Below, piece by piece: positions 37,501 to 55,946 of a stretch of 64,000 bases of DNA. A program made the position numbers and the translations under genes. Under the pieces are notes generated by a model. It searched no databases. It was not told the DNA's origin and saw only the letters and a list, made by a program, of their open reading frames with translations. How positions within the stretch are numbered: the stretch's first letter is position 1; every line of letters begins with the position of its first letter. Source of the stretch: Podarcis pityusensis (Eukaryota); NCBI GenBank assembly GCA_964106645.2, contig OZ067047.1. The stretch is one strand, 5' to 3'.

Positions 37501-40500
37501 ACGCAAGGCAGAGAGAACACGCCATTGTTCAGGGAATGTAAGTTTAAGTGAAACGTTTTGAAATATGCTGCTTCTGTTCCTCCTCGGGTACAAAGTGGGT
37601 CCCCTTCCCTTCTACTAACACGACTACTACATATTTGTTTAGTGAAGCCAATGTGTTTGCCACTATATAGAAAACTAACATGACAAGAGGACAGAACTTT
37701 GTAAAGACAGAAGTAGAGTTAATGTGTAGCAGAAATCTCATCAATTCAGGGAATGCTTTACTGGGCTCCAAAAGAGGAGAGTGAAGTGGCTTTGATGGAA
37801 TGAGATGGGAATGTTCTGTCCCCCCCCACAACTGCAGACCATGGATTAGTTTAGGCGTGAGGTTGGTAGCAGCTGAAGCCTTTACACTGATTCCTTAAAT
37901 CGGAGATAACCAATATGGTACTCTTCAGATACAGTTGCACAGACCTGGGCTTTGGCCATGCTTGCTGGGGCTGATGGAAGTTATAGCCCTAAACATCTGT
38001 AGGGCACTAGGGCACTATGCCTTAAACAGAACACCCATGGCTTCTTAATGGACCAGTTTGAACAGCCAATCAGCAGTTCTAGGAGACTTCAGCCTGGACT
38101 AGTTCCACAGTGGAGCATACACTATTGGCAGTGTTAGAAATTAGCCAGGCGCCAGGTGTGTTTTGCAATTGGTGTGGGTCCAATTGCAACCATGTGGGGA
38201 TCTGTTAACTGGAGAAAGCAAAGTGTCCCTTACAGAAAGATTAGAAATAATTTGCCTTGAAGCTTGAATTTGCTTTATTCTGGATTGTTTTATTTGATGT
38301 TTTAATGTCTTGCAAACTGCTTTGAGATCTGTTCTTTAAAATATAAAGCAGCATAGAAATGAATAATAATATTAGCAGATTTCATTGCAAAAAAAGGCAC
38401 CTAGACATTTCATTGTGGTGACTGTAACCTAGGTTTAAGGTGCCATTTGGCGATTATATTTTATATCTGAGTTTCTAACACTGAATATTGGTGGAACATA
38501 AGCATCTGAACAATTTCAATGCCATCATCAGTCTTTTTACATCTTTTTATTTAAGATGTATATGTGTTTCCATGCTAAACGTTTTCTCCAATATCAACAT
38601 CATTTGCACAAGTAAGTCCCTGTTGTTTTACAGGTATCTTCAATTTTTTTAAAAAGAAAAACAATGGTTTTTCTAGTCAAGGAGTGATTTTTAATGAGCT
38701 CACTCCCCTTGAACCTATTCTGTTTATACAAGTAGGCCACTTACAAGTGTTAATCATCTTGTAGGAGCACTTGCACAAGCTCTGAGAGATCTTTGCCCAT
38801 CATCACTGAACTATGATTCACAGAATTTCCTGGGGAGACAAATCCTATTAAACCTGTTACAAGTCTGTAGAATAAAAATGCTGCTTTGCCTAGAATAGCC
38901 AGAATATGAGAATTGGGTTATTGCACAGAAAAACTAATCTACAAAATAGTTTTGAATACTAGTTACAACTTTTCACAGCCTTTCTTATAGGGAAAAAAGG
39001 ATAAATGATATAGTAAATGAGAAAAAAGCTCTTATAGCTGCTCGCCTCAAAGAAGAACAGAAAAGTGCTGAACTGGAATTAAAAATCAAAGTGTTTTCTT
39101 CCGGAGACTATAATCCAATATCCATGGTAATTTTGTATGTTTATACAATCTTTATAACATTGAATAGCTCTGTTCTAAAAACCCTGACAGGCTACAAGAC
39201 CACAGCGCCAGCGGTATTCCGTGCTTCTCCTACTCAGAGTAGACCCACTGAAATTAGGGTCATTTCAACCGGTCTACTTTGAGTAAAACGCAGTTTAATA
39301 CTATCCCTAATGACTTGGGTAGAAGTATCACAATTTGTCTATGTGATACCACATTACCTATGTGTAGCAGTTTGAACCAAGGCCAGTATAGCTAGGGGAT
39401 ACAGTACCAGGGAGCCCAACACTGACATCCTACCTGGTGCCCAAAAAGTGGACACAGAAGTAGTGGTGTAGGCATATACTGGAAACAGGAATGTGCACCA
39501 GTTCCATCTGTGATTCAGGGGTTCTCCTAGTTCTGAGTTGCACCATTAACAAGACATTTCAAGGCGTATCAGGGACTCCCTGAGCTGGTTTAGTTTCTAA
39601 TTGCAGGAAGTTACTTTCACAGGGTACTCCAATGACAATGATTTGGAGGAGGGATCTACAGGAATTATGTCCCTATAGTATTGTAAAAACACTTTCCCCC
39701 CTGGAGAGCCCCCAGAAGCTCAGAAACGCATTGAACTATTAGATTTATTTGTGCCTTTATTAGATTTAATCCTATTTGACATTCAACACTGCATTGACTT
39801 AACATTGCAATCCGTGTGCCTTATTCTGCCAATTTTCTTACGGTTTTGCCTTACGTGCTGAATAAGTGCCATCACATTTTCAGGACTGTTTCCCTTTTTA
39901 GGACTGTAGAATGAATTTTCTATATTATATTTAAAAAATGATTATATATTTTATATTGCTTGCGAGTTCATCTTATTTTAAAGTTTCAGTGTAGACCTTT
40001 TTTTGTTTACTATAACGTAAGCATTTGCTGTGGTTTACATAAAATCCCTTTCTTAAATCTTAAGGATAAATCGCTGAATACACTTAAGAAAAAAATAACA
40101 GAGGTGTATAGGGCTTGCTGTGGAACGATTGAAGTATCTAGCATGACCGCCTTTCAAATGCTGAAAGCAATAGAAATCAGAGTTTCAGAACTGTGTGAGA
40201 TGTTGGAAATACTTCCACCGGAATACCTTGAGACTGTTGAAACTATGGAGAAACTCCGAGCAAAACAAAGACGGCAGAGGTAATCTTAATGCCAGTGCTT
40301 AAAGAAGTATGCCAGTTATGTATTCCCATCACTTAGTCACATCTGAGTTTGCAACACTATCTTCTGGACCAAACTTTTGAGACAACAGTCACCAGTTTTT
40401 AGCCTATAGGCATTAGAGTTTCACAAAGTGAAAAAGATTTCTGTTTAGATGGACATCCCCACCCTAGTATTATAAGTATTTTATAAGTGACTATTAGTTG

Positions 40501-41396
40501 TCCCACCTTCTTAGGGCCAGACTAGACATAACATCATTCACATAATTTAGCAATTACGTAGGATCTGGGTAAATAGCAGACATGGAGGTGTCAATCCAGG
40601 CCCGGTCCCTGGGGCTTGCTATTTCTAGCAATACAGTTATTGCCAGTGCTTTCCTCTCAATTCAAATAGCAGACACTAGTGCAACAATTCAGACTAAGGC
40701 TGGAGCAGGAGGGAAAGAATTGAAGTGGATCAGCCACTTTTAATCAATTCACCAATTGCTCACAGTGCGAACGGTGTTGCAACTAGTTTATCCCTTAGAA
40801 ATTCTGTGAACAAAACTGTCTCTAGCTCCCTCATTTTTGTTACCACAGTAATGCTGAATTTTACAAACATAGGCACAATTCAAGGCTGCATCACTGGAGG
40901 GAGAAGATGTGGACACTTCCCTCTCACAATATACTAACGTCCTCTAATTCCTAAAATCTCTCTCTGATTCTTAAAAGAGTTCGTGAAGATAAATTGAAAG
41001 AACTGAAGAGAATCCAGGAAGAACGGCTGAAGCATGCTCTGGAAAGAGCAATTGCAGTACCAAAGACAAGGGTTAGTAGGAGTGCTTAAAAATATATCTT
41101 AGGCTGTAAATCTTACTGAACTCAGTAGTACCCAATACTGAGTAAAAATGGTTAGGGGCATACTGCAACATGGTGATAGTGTGCATGTTAAAAAGAATCT
41201 AGAATCTGTATTATAGAAAAAAGTTTACAAAGAAAAACTTTCATGCTGATTTAACAAAGTAGGTTTATATTTTCTGTCTTCATTTTAGGTGGGAAGAAAA
41301 CTGGTTTTCCGCTCCCAGCCGCCAGAAGCTAAACAAAAAGGGGTACAAGTTGTAGATTTAACTACAAAAAGTGAAGATGATTACTATTTCTGTTGA
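25315..41396 (+). CDS. CCDC38: Coiled-coil domain-containing protein 38 (CFAP100/CCDC37-like family), 15 coding exons, about 584 aa
   Basis: Exons: 25315-25360, 27218-27300, 28962-29130, 30616-30683, 31309-31472, 32562-32642, 33334-33497, 34318-34431, 36117-36204, 36752-36824, 37386-37537, 38991-39126, 40065-40279, 40978-41071, 41289-41396 (TGA); 1755 nt, open frame. Recognisable motifs: NLKVHEKSTFSSR, FLLEYA, LEEDAIAFDEFLKENDRRSVDALK, SPKEWQ, EPEIYFKDPDELL..LEEQNL, GRKLVFRSQPP, DDYYFC. Position between AMDHD1 and SNRPF matches human synteny. The start codon and boundaries at 33497, 34318-34431 and 36117-36204 are less certain. Confidence 0.9.
25690..26382 (+). mobile_element. Degenerate L2-like LINE 3' fragment
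   Basis: AGGGCCTTTTTAGTGATGGCTCCAACCTGGTGGAATGCC (RAF-V-APTWWNAL motif), then an AT-rich 3' UTR ending GGGTATAAATAA..TTTATTATT; boundaries approximate. Confidence 0.5.
27857..28134. mobile_element. Tc1/mariner-type MITE, CAGTGGTACCTTGG subfamily
   Basis: TIRs CAGTGGTACCTTGGTTT / AAACCAAGGTACCACTG, TA on both sides; reverse-orientation relative at 42135-42386. Confidence 0.85.
28146..28387. mobile_element. Tc1/mariner-type MITE, CAGTGGTACC family
   Basis: TIRs CAATGGTACCTCAGGTTA / TAACCTGAGGTACCACTG, TA TSD. Confidence 0.85.
29401..30332. mobile_element. Non-autonomous Tc1/mariner-type element with internal GC-rich tandem hairpin repeats
   Basis: TIRs CAGTGGTACCCCGCAAGACGAA / TTCGTCTTGCGAGGCACCACTG, TA TSD, repeated subterminal CGCAAGACG motifs; no transposase ORF. 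Confidence 0.85.
29590..29799. repeat. 60-bp GC-rich minisatellite, about 3.5 units, each self-complementary
   Basis: Unit CCGAAGCCGGGCGGCGGGGAGGGAACACCTCCCGCCGCCGCCCGGCTTCGGAACGGTGCT starting at 29590, 29650, 29710 and 29770 (partial). Confidence 0.92.
34563..34897. mobile_element. hAT-type MITE nested in a tRNA-derived SINE
   Basis: Ends CAGGGGTC ... GACCCCTG; 8-bp TSD GGCTAGAG at 34555-34562 and 34898-34905. Confidence 0.85.
36323..36487. mobile_element. Tc1/mariner-type MITE
   Basis: TA-CAGTGGACGCTC ... AAGGTACCACTG-TA; imperfect TIRs related to the CAGTGGTACC family. Confidence 0.7.
38129..38483. mobile_element. hAT-type MITE (older)
   Basis: 12-bp perfect TIR CAGTGTTAGAAA / TTTCTAACACTG; TSD ACTATTGG / AATATTGG (1 mismatch). 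Confidence 0.78.
39863..39975 (+). repeat. 113-bp direct repeat, copy 1 (copy 2 at 46893-47005)
   Basis: Manual ungapped alignment: 105/113 identical. Confidence 0.92.
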
Positions 41397-41615
41397 ATTC
41401 TTCTTGTTTCATGACATTTCTTTTTGGAATAGCACTAGATCTTGATTCTAGCTCTGTTTAGCAGAGTTATAGTAGGTAAACTGTGACAGATGTTTGATCC
41501 AGTTTCCTTTTAAAATACATATTTGTTTGACTATAATATAATTATCCATTAAGAACTGTCGGAAATAGTATGTTTATTTTTCTTCCATAGTGGTAATTTT
41601 TCTTCAATGACAATG

Positions 41616-41621
41616 TTTATT
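41616..41621 (-). terminator. Candidate SNRPF polyadenylation signal (alternative at 41573-41578)
   Basis: TTTATT on + about 115 nt past the SNRPF stop. Confidence 0.5.
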
Positions 41622-41736
41622 GTTTGGCCATAAAAAATGTTACTTGACAAAACTTGACAAAAAAAGCAAGCAAACAAAACTGGACAACTAAATTTCTTAG
41701 CACAGTCAAAAAACAACAACTTTCCCCCCAAAATAA

Positions 41737-47459
<5,723 letters not shown>

Positions 47460-49241
47460 AGCAACCAGACCAACCTAAGGGCGGCTGCGGCAACAAAAAA
47501 ATTACTCGCAGGCAGCACGTGTGCCCGCCAAAGCTCTAAAAAGAAAAAGCACGGAAGTGACGAAAACACTTCCGCTAGTCTGCGAGCGGCTCTTCCTGCC
47601 GACCTTTCACCTTAACGGCGGGTCCTTCGTGTATTGCCGCTCATCGACTCCTAGGTATTCGTTCCTATCTCTATGGTCCCGACCCAAGGAGCCGATGGGA
47701 AAACAAACTATTTTCTGATTGGGGAGTTTCCCAAGGGAAAGGCGGGGACTAGAGCCGAGGAGGAGCGATAGAAATAGTAGAGTGATACTCTGCGTGAACT
47801 TCTGTCAGGGATGGAGAGGGTCCGCCGATGCAGAGCAGCGGCGCTCTAGGCTTCTGATATCTCCAAGGTGGAAACTCTATAGTACTTTGCCTTGGAATTC
47901 AGAGGGGGAAACCGGCTCAGTGTAAATGCAAAGGTTAGCTAGCGATGGTGGGTAACTTTCTCTTTCTGTGGTTCAGGGTCATTCCGGCAGGACGGCTCCT
48001 CCTTCCTCGTTGGTTGCGGGTGTCTGTTGCGCGGAAAACAGAGCCAGCTGTAAACCTCCTTCTTGCGCCCTTCGATCTTTATTCTCAGCGCTGTTTATAA
48101 GTTCCAAAGGCTGCAGTCTTTTGTGAGCGCTTATTGGGGAGTAAGGCCTATTGAACTCAGTTGGGCTTACTCTCGAGTAAACACGCACAGGGTAGAGGTG
48201 CGCTGGTATTCTATGGTGCACTTGGAATGCTGTGTCGCCTCACCTCAAAAAGGATTTTGCAGAGCCGTCTGGAAACCTATTGGGTCCATCACCCCATCTC
48301 TGCAGAGGAGAAAACTAGACCAATTCATGGAGGAGGAGGAGGCTATTAATGACTGCTAGCCATGATGGATATGCTCTGTCTCCACATTGGGAGGCAGCTT
48401 TGCTTCTGAATACCAGTTGCTCCCCTCCAGGATGGGGGAGTGCTCTTGTGCTTGGGTCCTGCTTCCCAGTTTCCCACGGGCGTTTGATTGAATACTCTGA
48501 AAAGAGAATGCTAAATTGGCCCCTGGCCTTGTCCAGCAGCCTATTCGATTTTTGCAGGAGAGCCCGTGAGGCAGAAGGAAGAAGCCAATAGTTTGGCTCT
48601 AAAAAGGGTTAGGGTGAAAACTGCTCTCCAAGTGCAACCTTCCAGGCAATCTGTAGTAGTGATGGAGACAAAGGCTGAATCAGTCCCCTTTGACTGGGTT
48701 TGTTTACTTAATACACTACCTATTCTTTAAGGCTTTCATTATTATTTTTATAACGTGACATTAAATTAGGAGACTGAAGCAAGCAGCTGCTATCCTAAAC
48801 ACAGTTAACCAAAGAATAAACACATTGAGTTCAGGCAGACTTACTTCTGAGTAAAGCGTGAGGTATCACTATTCATCATACAAAAAGCCTAATAAGATTA
48901 AGGGTTCCATAGTTTAGGTATAAACATAGGTGCCTTTTACAGTAACAAGAAGTGTTTTTAACAGCCTGCTGTCTTGTAAGATAACAGCCAGGTATGAGAT
49001 GTAGAAATAATGGAAACAAATTCATTTGAAACCTAAATCTGCAGACTACACTTGATTTTGTTTTAAAGGTGCCAAATTATTTTGGCACAAATTACATCCT
49101 ACTAGATTTAGTTCAGTTGGTTATATAGCACTCAGAACCATTTTTAAGAATATAATTGTCACTGGATAACTTTTAGATGTTTGAAAATTATTTTATTTTC
49201 CATCAGAAAAAAGGTTTACTGTATGAATTTTTGTTTTTTGA

Positions 49242-49255
49242 CCACTAGATGGCAG
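49242..49255 (+). promoter_or_regulatory. Putative CTCF-binding site
   Basis: CCACTAGATGGCAG matches the CTCF core consensus CCASYAGRKGGCRS at every position. Confidence 0.6.
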
Positions 49256-51905
49256 GAACTGGTTTATATCAGACTGTTGTAGTGCACAGCAGACTTCTCC
49301 AGTGAGGAAGTGCTATACAGTACTGTAAAACAAACTTCTCAGCTCACTTTTATTCATAAAGAACAAAATACCCTATGCTGAATTCCCTGGGTCCATATAG
49401 AAACTGAAGGTTGTCTGATATTTGCTGCAGCACAGACTGAATACCAAATAGGGGTGCCATGAAATTGGCAACAGCAGAGAGGAACAATCCTCATAATTGG
49501 GGCACTATGAGGACAGTGCATCTGAGGATAGGCATCAGAGCATAGGTGAATAAATGAGCTATGCCTCTGATTTCCAGAGTACATGGAAGAACTGACATTA
49601 GATCCCTGGGACGGGGAATATAAAGGGCTTTCTTTCTAAGGAATACTGTAGCAGGACATCTTACAGTAGCTTCACTCATGGAGGAGAATACTACTACTGT
49701 ATATTATTTGACTTGTGTAAATGCAAGCTTCTGACATCACGTGAAGCTCATAAATGTTTAAAGTCAACTTACAGAAGATAATTCTTTCTTTATGAGAGTT
49801 TATATACATTCCACTCCTGAACTGTTACAACTGGATACAACAAGGAAACTAACCACTGTTGCAGCAGCATCACAAGGAGTTCCGCTGTGAAACCTGTGCA
49901 GTACAGAATCCTACTGTGCTACTGTAACACCACAGAGAGGTCAGGACAGGAGCCAATGAAACACATTTACACTACAGCGGGGGGTGGGGGGGTGGCTTGG
50001 CCACACTGGAACAGAGTAGGTGGTTTTCCACAATAAATCATAGGGTGGGGAAAAGAAATATTCTGCTTCTCCCCTCTAATTAAGGACTTCTCTGGGTTAG
50101 ATCAGTAGTTTTGATATCAGTTTTTAGTGTTCATATTTTGTCTGTCCTCATTAATTGTAAGTTTGTGTTTCAAATTACTCATCTGTTTAGACAAAAAAAG
50201 TTTTAAAAGTGAAATCTATCTTTGTCCTAGTGTCATTGTTAAAGGTGATCCCCCCCCCCCCCCGATTTCATGAAAGTATTTTTTGTACTAGAACGGTTGA
50301 CCTTACGGCAGCATAATGTGAAACTGCAGTCATATATCTATTTTCAGCATACCAAGTACAGCAAGCAGCTCCAGATTTATCACACTGAGAATCTGTCAGA
50401 CTTGGAAACTGCAGTGTGAAGTGTACCAATATTATGATTTTATTTTATTTGTAACTGCAGCTCTTCAGTGAGGCTAGACACCCCAAGGGCAACCTTTGTT
50501 ACTGTGCTTTGTGTGGATGGAAAAGCATAATTTGCATATGGTAATAACAAACACACCAATTTATGCAGCCATCCTAAAGGGAAGCTCTTAAAATATACAG
50601 CTTTGAAAACACTGTAGATTATGCCAAGAAAAGAAACCCTTGACTTTCTTAACATTCAGCTGTCCTCTTTGGTCCTGACCAAAAGAAGAAAAAAAAAATC
50701 ATTGCCTTCTATGTAATTGTTTCTTGCATATTTTTTTGACGTTAATGAACTGGAATTGAAAGTATGTGCTTAGAGAAAACAAAGCCATTTGTATTAGGAA
50801 TAACATGTTGCTGTCACACTGTCAGAAAAGAGGAAGAACATTGCCACTATCATAAAGGAATTTGGAAGCTCCACTTTCACATCAATGTTTTCTCAACCGA
50901 AACTCATTGCTGGCTATGAATCACAGAAATTACTCAAAAGTCAAGTTGCTGCCAAGGGAGATTAGCGGAATGGATGCAAAAATAGTATTATTTAGGGAAA
51001 CCTTTTAGGGCCAAATTGGGCCAATTCATTGGTGAAAAAATATTTTTAGACTGTTGCTACACAGACATACCCCAAATTCCCAGTGGTGAGAACTGCAGGG
51101 GTACAATGTGCATCCAAATGTCTTTCTTACAGAGAGCAAATAACTGCCCCCTGAGTCTCTATGCCTCTTCAGTATGTTCACCCCTGCCACCCACCCAAAC
51201 TGCAGTCTCAGTTCACACAGAAGCAGCTGGATGACATCATCCCCCACAGGGAGGCGAAATGAGGACATGTCCCCTTCTAGAAGGAATCTGTGGTCATTTC
51301 CTTAAGTTAGGCAAAGGCCAGTGATTCTGCCAACAAAAGCAAATCTTCCAGGTAACACTTGTACAACTTGTCTGTCCCACTCTTAACAGCCATGTGTGTG
51401 TGGCTGTTAGAGTCCCACAGCTGCTAGAGTGGGTTAAACTACTGTAGTTGGACAAGTGTAACACACACACACAACCAGGATTCAGATCACCCTCCAACCC
51501 GTAACTATAGTTTTTTAGGCCAGGCTGTGAGGATTACAATGCACAATCTGCACAGGGAATCACTAGAATTTATTTATTTTTTGAAAAAAAAATGTATCAG
51601 TGTTGTTGGTTAGCAAAAAATAAAAGTGTGTCGTCATAAACTTTATGTTTCATTATTCCTTCTAAGCAGAACTGTGTGATGGGTATGGTAGAGATAGTTC
51701 ACGGTTACAGCAGTGTGTCTGGTCTGAAATGCAGAGCAGGCCTCTGGACAGCACTGGGAGATTGATGTTAGTCCCTATTTCCCTCTTCGAGCTCAAAGCA
51801 CTGGTCTTTGTAAAAAAAAATACCCAACTCCCTCTAGTAAGAAACAGAACAAAACAGAGGTCACATCCACAGCATACATTTAAAGCACTCTTATACCGCT
51901 ATAAC

Positions 51906-52156
51906 CAGGGGTCACCAAACTTTTTCAGCAGGCCCACTGTCCCTCAGACCTTGGGGGGGGGGGGGGGGCTGGACTATATTTTGAAAAAAAATATGATCAA
52001 ATTCCTATGCCCCACAAATAACCCAGAGATGCATTTTAAATAAAAAGACACATTCTACTCCTGTAAAAACACGCTGATTCCTGGACCGTCCGCAGGCTAG
52101 ATTTAGACGGCAATTGGGCCAGATCTGGCCCCCGGGCCTTAGCTTGCCTACCCATG
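51906..52156. mobile_element. hAT-type MITE nested in another interspersed repeat
   Basis: Body similar to 22434-22646; 8-bp TSD GCTATAAC at 51898-51905 and 52157-52164. Confidence 0.88.
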
Positions 52157-52638
52157 GCTATAACAATCATGACTTCCTCCTCTAGCACAAATCATGGGAA
52201 CTGTAATTTGTTAAGACAGTTGAGAGTCATTAGGAAGACCCTTCACAGAGCTACAATTCCCAACACCCTGCAGTTCCCAGAATTCTTTGGGGGAAGATGC
52301 CATGGGCAACATTCACACCATACCTTTAAAGCACTATTATACCACTTTAAACAGCCATGGCTTTCCCCAATGCAGTCTGGGAGCTGTATGTTAAGGGTGC
52401 TGAGAATTGTTGGAAGACTCCCATTCCCCTCATTGAGCTAGAATTCCAAGAGTTCTCTGTGAAGAGAGTTTGAGTTCTGGAGATGGATAGACACTACAGC
52501 ACTGAGAGGTTTCTTTCCACATTATGTGTTATTTATAGGTTGTTCAGCACAAATCAGTGCATATTTACTTAGAAGTGTCCTGCTTTCATTTGTGGGGCCT
52601 AGTCAGTGCAATATGTTTTAGATTGAAGCATTAGACTA

Positions 52639-52773
52639 CAGTGGTACCTCAGGTTACATACGCTTCAGGTTACAGACTCTGCTAACCCAGAAATAGTGCT
52701 TCAGGTTAAGAACAGTTTCAGGTTAAGAACAGACTTCTGGAACGAATTAAGTACTTAACCCGAGGTACCACTG
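52639..52773. mobile_element. Tc1/mariner-type MITE, internally deleted, reverse orientation
   Basis: TA-CAGTGGTACCTCAGGTTA ... TAACCCGAGGTACCACTG-TA. Confidence 0.82.
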
Positions 52774-55769
52774 TACAGTACTATTTTTTCCTGGCAGCAG
52801 ATAATGGTTCTAAAGAAAATAGACACAATCATTTACATTCTTTTCCCCACCCCATTTAATAATATTTCAGAAACCTTTGGGGAGTCTCCCATTAATATTT
52901 TTAAAGTAAAAAAAATCAGAATCCCAGTATAGAATGTGGCCTTTTACAATTCCAGTTTCTATGCATTTAATTATACATGTTGATGCTACTTTTCCACTTT
53001 TAACAAATGTGCAGTCGTATACAAATTAAATAAATCTCTTGCTTCAACAGTAGCTCCACAGTTTTACTTCAATTGAACAATTCTACTGGAATAGAATGGA
53101 CCAACATGTTCTAAAGAATGAGTCAAATCTGTGATCACCCTGCCTAAAGAGAACACTGACATGCTAATTACCTTACTATCTTGTCATTTATAGGTAGGCA
53201 ATTGTTCACCCAAATCAATGGAAGCTTTGGCCTTCGCATTATACTGGCATAGTGGGATGATATAGAAGTACATCATGAAAGCTGGGACATAAGCCACGAT
53301 CAGTACTGATCCAAATGACAAGAAAGGGAACATTGCTATGAAGATTAAAATAGCTTTCTTGGGTGTGACTTCCTCTCTGGCATTTAGAGTAATGGGCTGC
53401 TGCCATGCTATGTGCTGAAGCCTGGTCCAAGTGAGTCCTGCTTGCACATGCCTGGGTATCACATCCTCCAGAGGATTTAGTGTCGAAACTTGTTTCCTTT
53501 CCTATTGTCAGCCTTACCTTCGCTTGCTGGGTTAAACAGCCAGGGCTGCTTTGGGTTGCCTCTCAGGTCACTTTCAACCTCTCCAGTGACATGGGTTGAA
53601 GCACAGTCTATTTCATTCTATGCTGGGTGGACACGAGGCAATGTCTTCTGGATAACTTGAAATGAATCCACACCCAGAAACGGCATTGCCTATACCACCA
53701 GATTATAGGGGTTATTCAACACTAGTCCTACTCAGAGTAGACCCATTACTATATTTGTTTATTTCAGTGGGTCTCCCCGAAGTAGAATTTAGCTGAATAC
53801 CTTCACTTAGTCCAGTGCTGCTTAGTCTGATTGGCAGTTGTTCAACTGGAGATGTCATACACCCTGATACCTTTCGCATGCAATGCTTGTTCTCTGTCCT
53901 TGAGCTACAGCCTCTGTGACTATTAGTAGGTTCACATGTCGGACAGTCCAGATCACTTTGGGCTGCTGCTCTTGGTGTGTTGTTTGATCCTAAGATGGAG
54001 CACCTCAGATTTTATGACCATTGAGAGGCAATTCCAGCGTTAGATTAAACATAAGCCTAGTGAGAGTCCTTCAAAGCAATAAAGTTCACCTGAGATAAGA
54101 TAGAAGCCATGTATAGAAGAAAAGTTAAATGGTTCAAGGAAAAGAAAAGGCAGGGGGAAAAGTAGTTCTGGATCTATTCTGCTCCTTTATTACATCCGTA
54201 TCCTATCTGTTCTCCAAGAAGCAATGTGTGTGTATATTTTAAACTCATAACAATTCTGAAGTTACATTACAATTACTTGCACAAGACCACCTACTGAGCT
54301 GAACAAGTATTTGAACTTGGCTTTCTCACACTGAACCAAGAAAAGATAGTGCTAATAAGACACACAGAAGATACTAACCCATTACCTGCAGAGCAGCTGA
54401 TTAGCAGGAAGCACCTGTTTGCTCATTGGGCAATATAAGGCATTTTATTTCCCATCTCCTTCTTGTCCCCAAAATTATGTCCTCTTAGGTTACAGCTCTC
54501 TTATCCTCTTTCTTCTTCACCTATGTGGAGCTGTTCACAATTTTAATTTGTTATTACTTCGATTCCTCTCTGGCCAGAATTAACCTGTTTCTGTTCTCCA
54601 TGTATTTTATCTGAGACAGGTAACAATCTTCTCTGGTCCCAAACTGGATTAGATCAGCCACCTCCCAATTCTAGATGGATAGTAGTTGCTGTTTATTTCT
54701 ATAGGGTCATTTAACATAATGGTCACCAAACAGAAGGGCAATACCTAAAATAACAGGGAGAGTTGGGTCTGATTTACCGTATATACCACCTTCCCTTCCA
54801 GGAGTATGGCACAATATCTTAGCCTCACAACAATTCTGTGAGGCAGGTTAGGTAGAGATACCATGCTTTCTTATGGTCACCCTGTACACTGGATTGCTTA
54901 GCAAAGGTTTGAACCTTTGTTACCCGTATCCAAGTCCAGCACTCCATATACCACATTGGCTCCCACAGAAGCATTTTGTAGGTCACCATATTGCCAGTAG
55001 TACAAAAAGTAGGATAGCAATAAGGGGAGAGGAGTTTAATTCATTGTTATGCACTAGTAATTTCCTGCAGAACTCAGAAATATCAAGTTGAAACAACCTG
55101 TTATGAAACCTCAGGGCCTATGAAATGTGTTGTTTCCTGTTAGACAGTATGAATCTAGAAGTTCCTTTAGATTCATGAACCTTCCCAGAAAACCTGAATC
55201 CAATTTGAAACAAGCCTGGGCCAAATTATTGGTATTTGCTGGTTTCATTCTAGGTTCATTTCAACACGGCACAGCTGCAGGGGGCGAAACTCACAGAGCA
55301 TGCAAACCATTACATGTGCCAAAATGAACACAGCTCCAAGTGTGTTATTTTTAAAAGTTTTTGCAAATAAATACTTTCAGAGTGTTTATGGGTTTCCAGT
55401 GTGCTAACTGCTTGGCTTTGTACCAGCTCTGAATTAGAAAAGCCAATGGATTTATTTGCTAAAGACTGTAAAGTGAAACTCAAGATTTTGCAAGCAGAGT
55501 CTAATTCTGTTTATATAATGCTTGTCTGATCTAGTAATAATAGCAGTATACACCTTACAGCTAATTCCAGATATACATAAGAACAGAAATTACTAACGTG
55601 TTTGCATGTGAACATTACAAGCTTGCCATTTTCAATATAATCATCAAATTAAACTCACAAATTATGATGCTTCTATAATGTTTAATAAAACTAGACAGAG
55701 CTGAAGCATATAAAAGTAATTTAGTTATTGATTTATTTAATTTTATCTCATGTTAGTAGATCAAATGTG

Positions 55770-55946
55770 CATAGCTGTCAACTTTCCCTTTTTTTGCGGG
55801 AAATTCCCTTATTCCAGTGCTGTTTCCCGCTGCTATCCCGGATTGTTAGATATGTCGTAGACTGTCCCTGGGACAGGTGAGGCAGCTGATCCCTTATTTT
55901 GAGGCTACTGAACCCTTATTTTCAAATCTGAAAGTTGACAGCTATA
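55770..55946. mobile_element. hAT-type MITE
   Basis: TIR ATAGCTGTCAACTTT / AAAGTTGACAGCTAT; 8-bp TSD CAAATGTG at 55762-55769 and 55947-55954. Confidence 0.88.
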
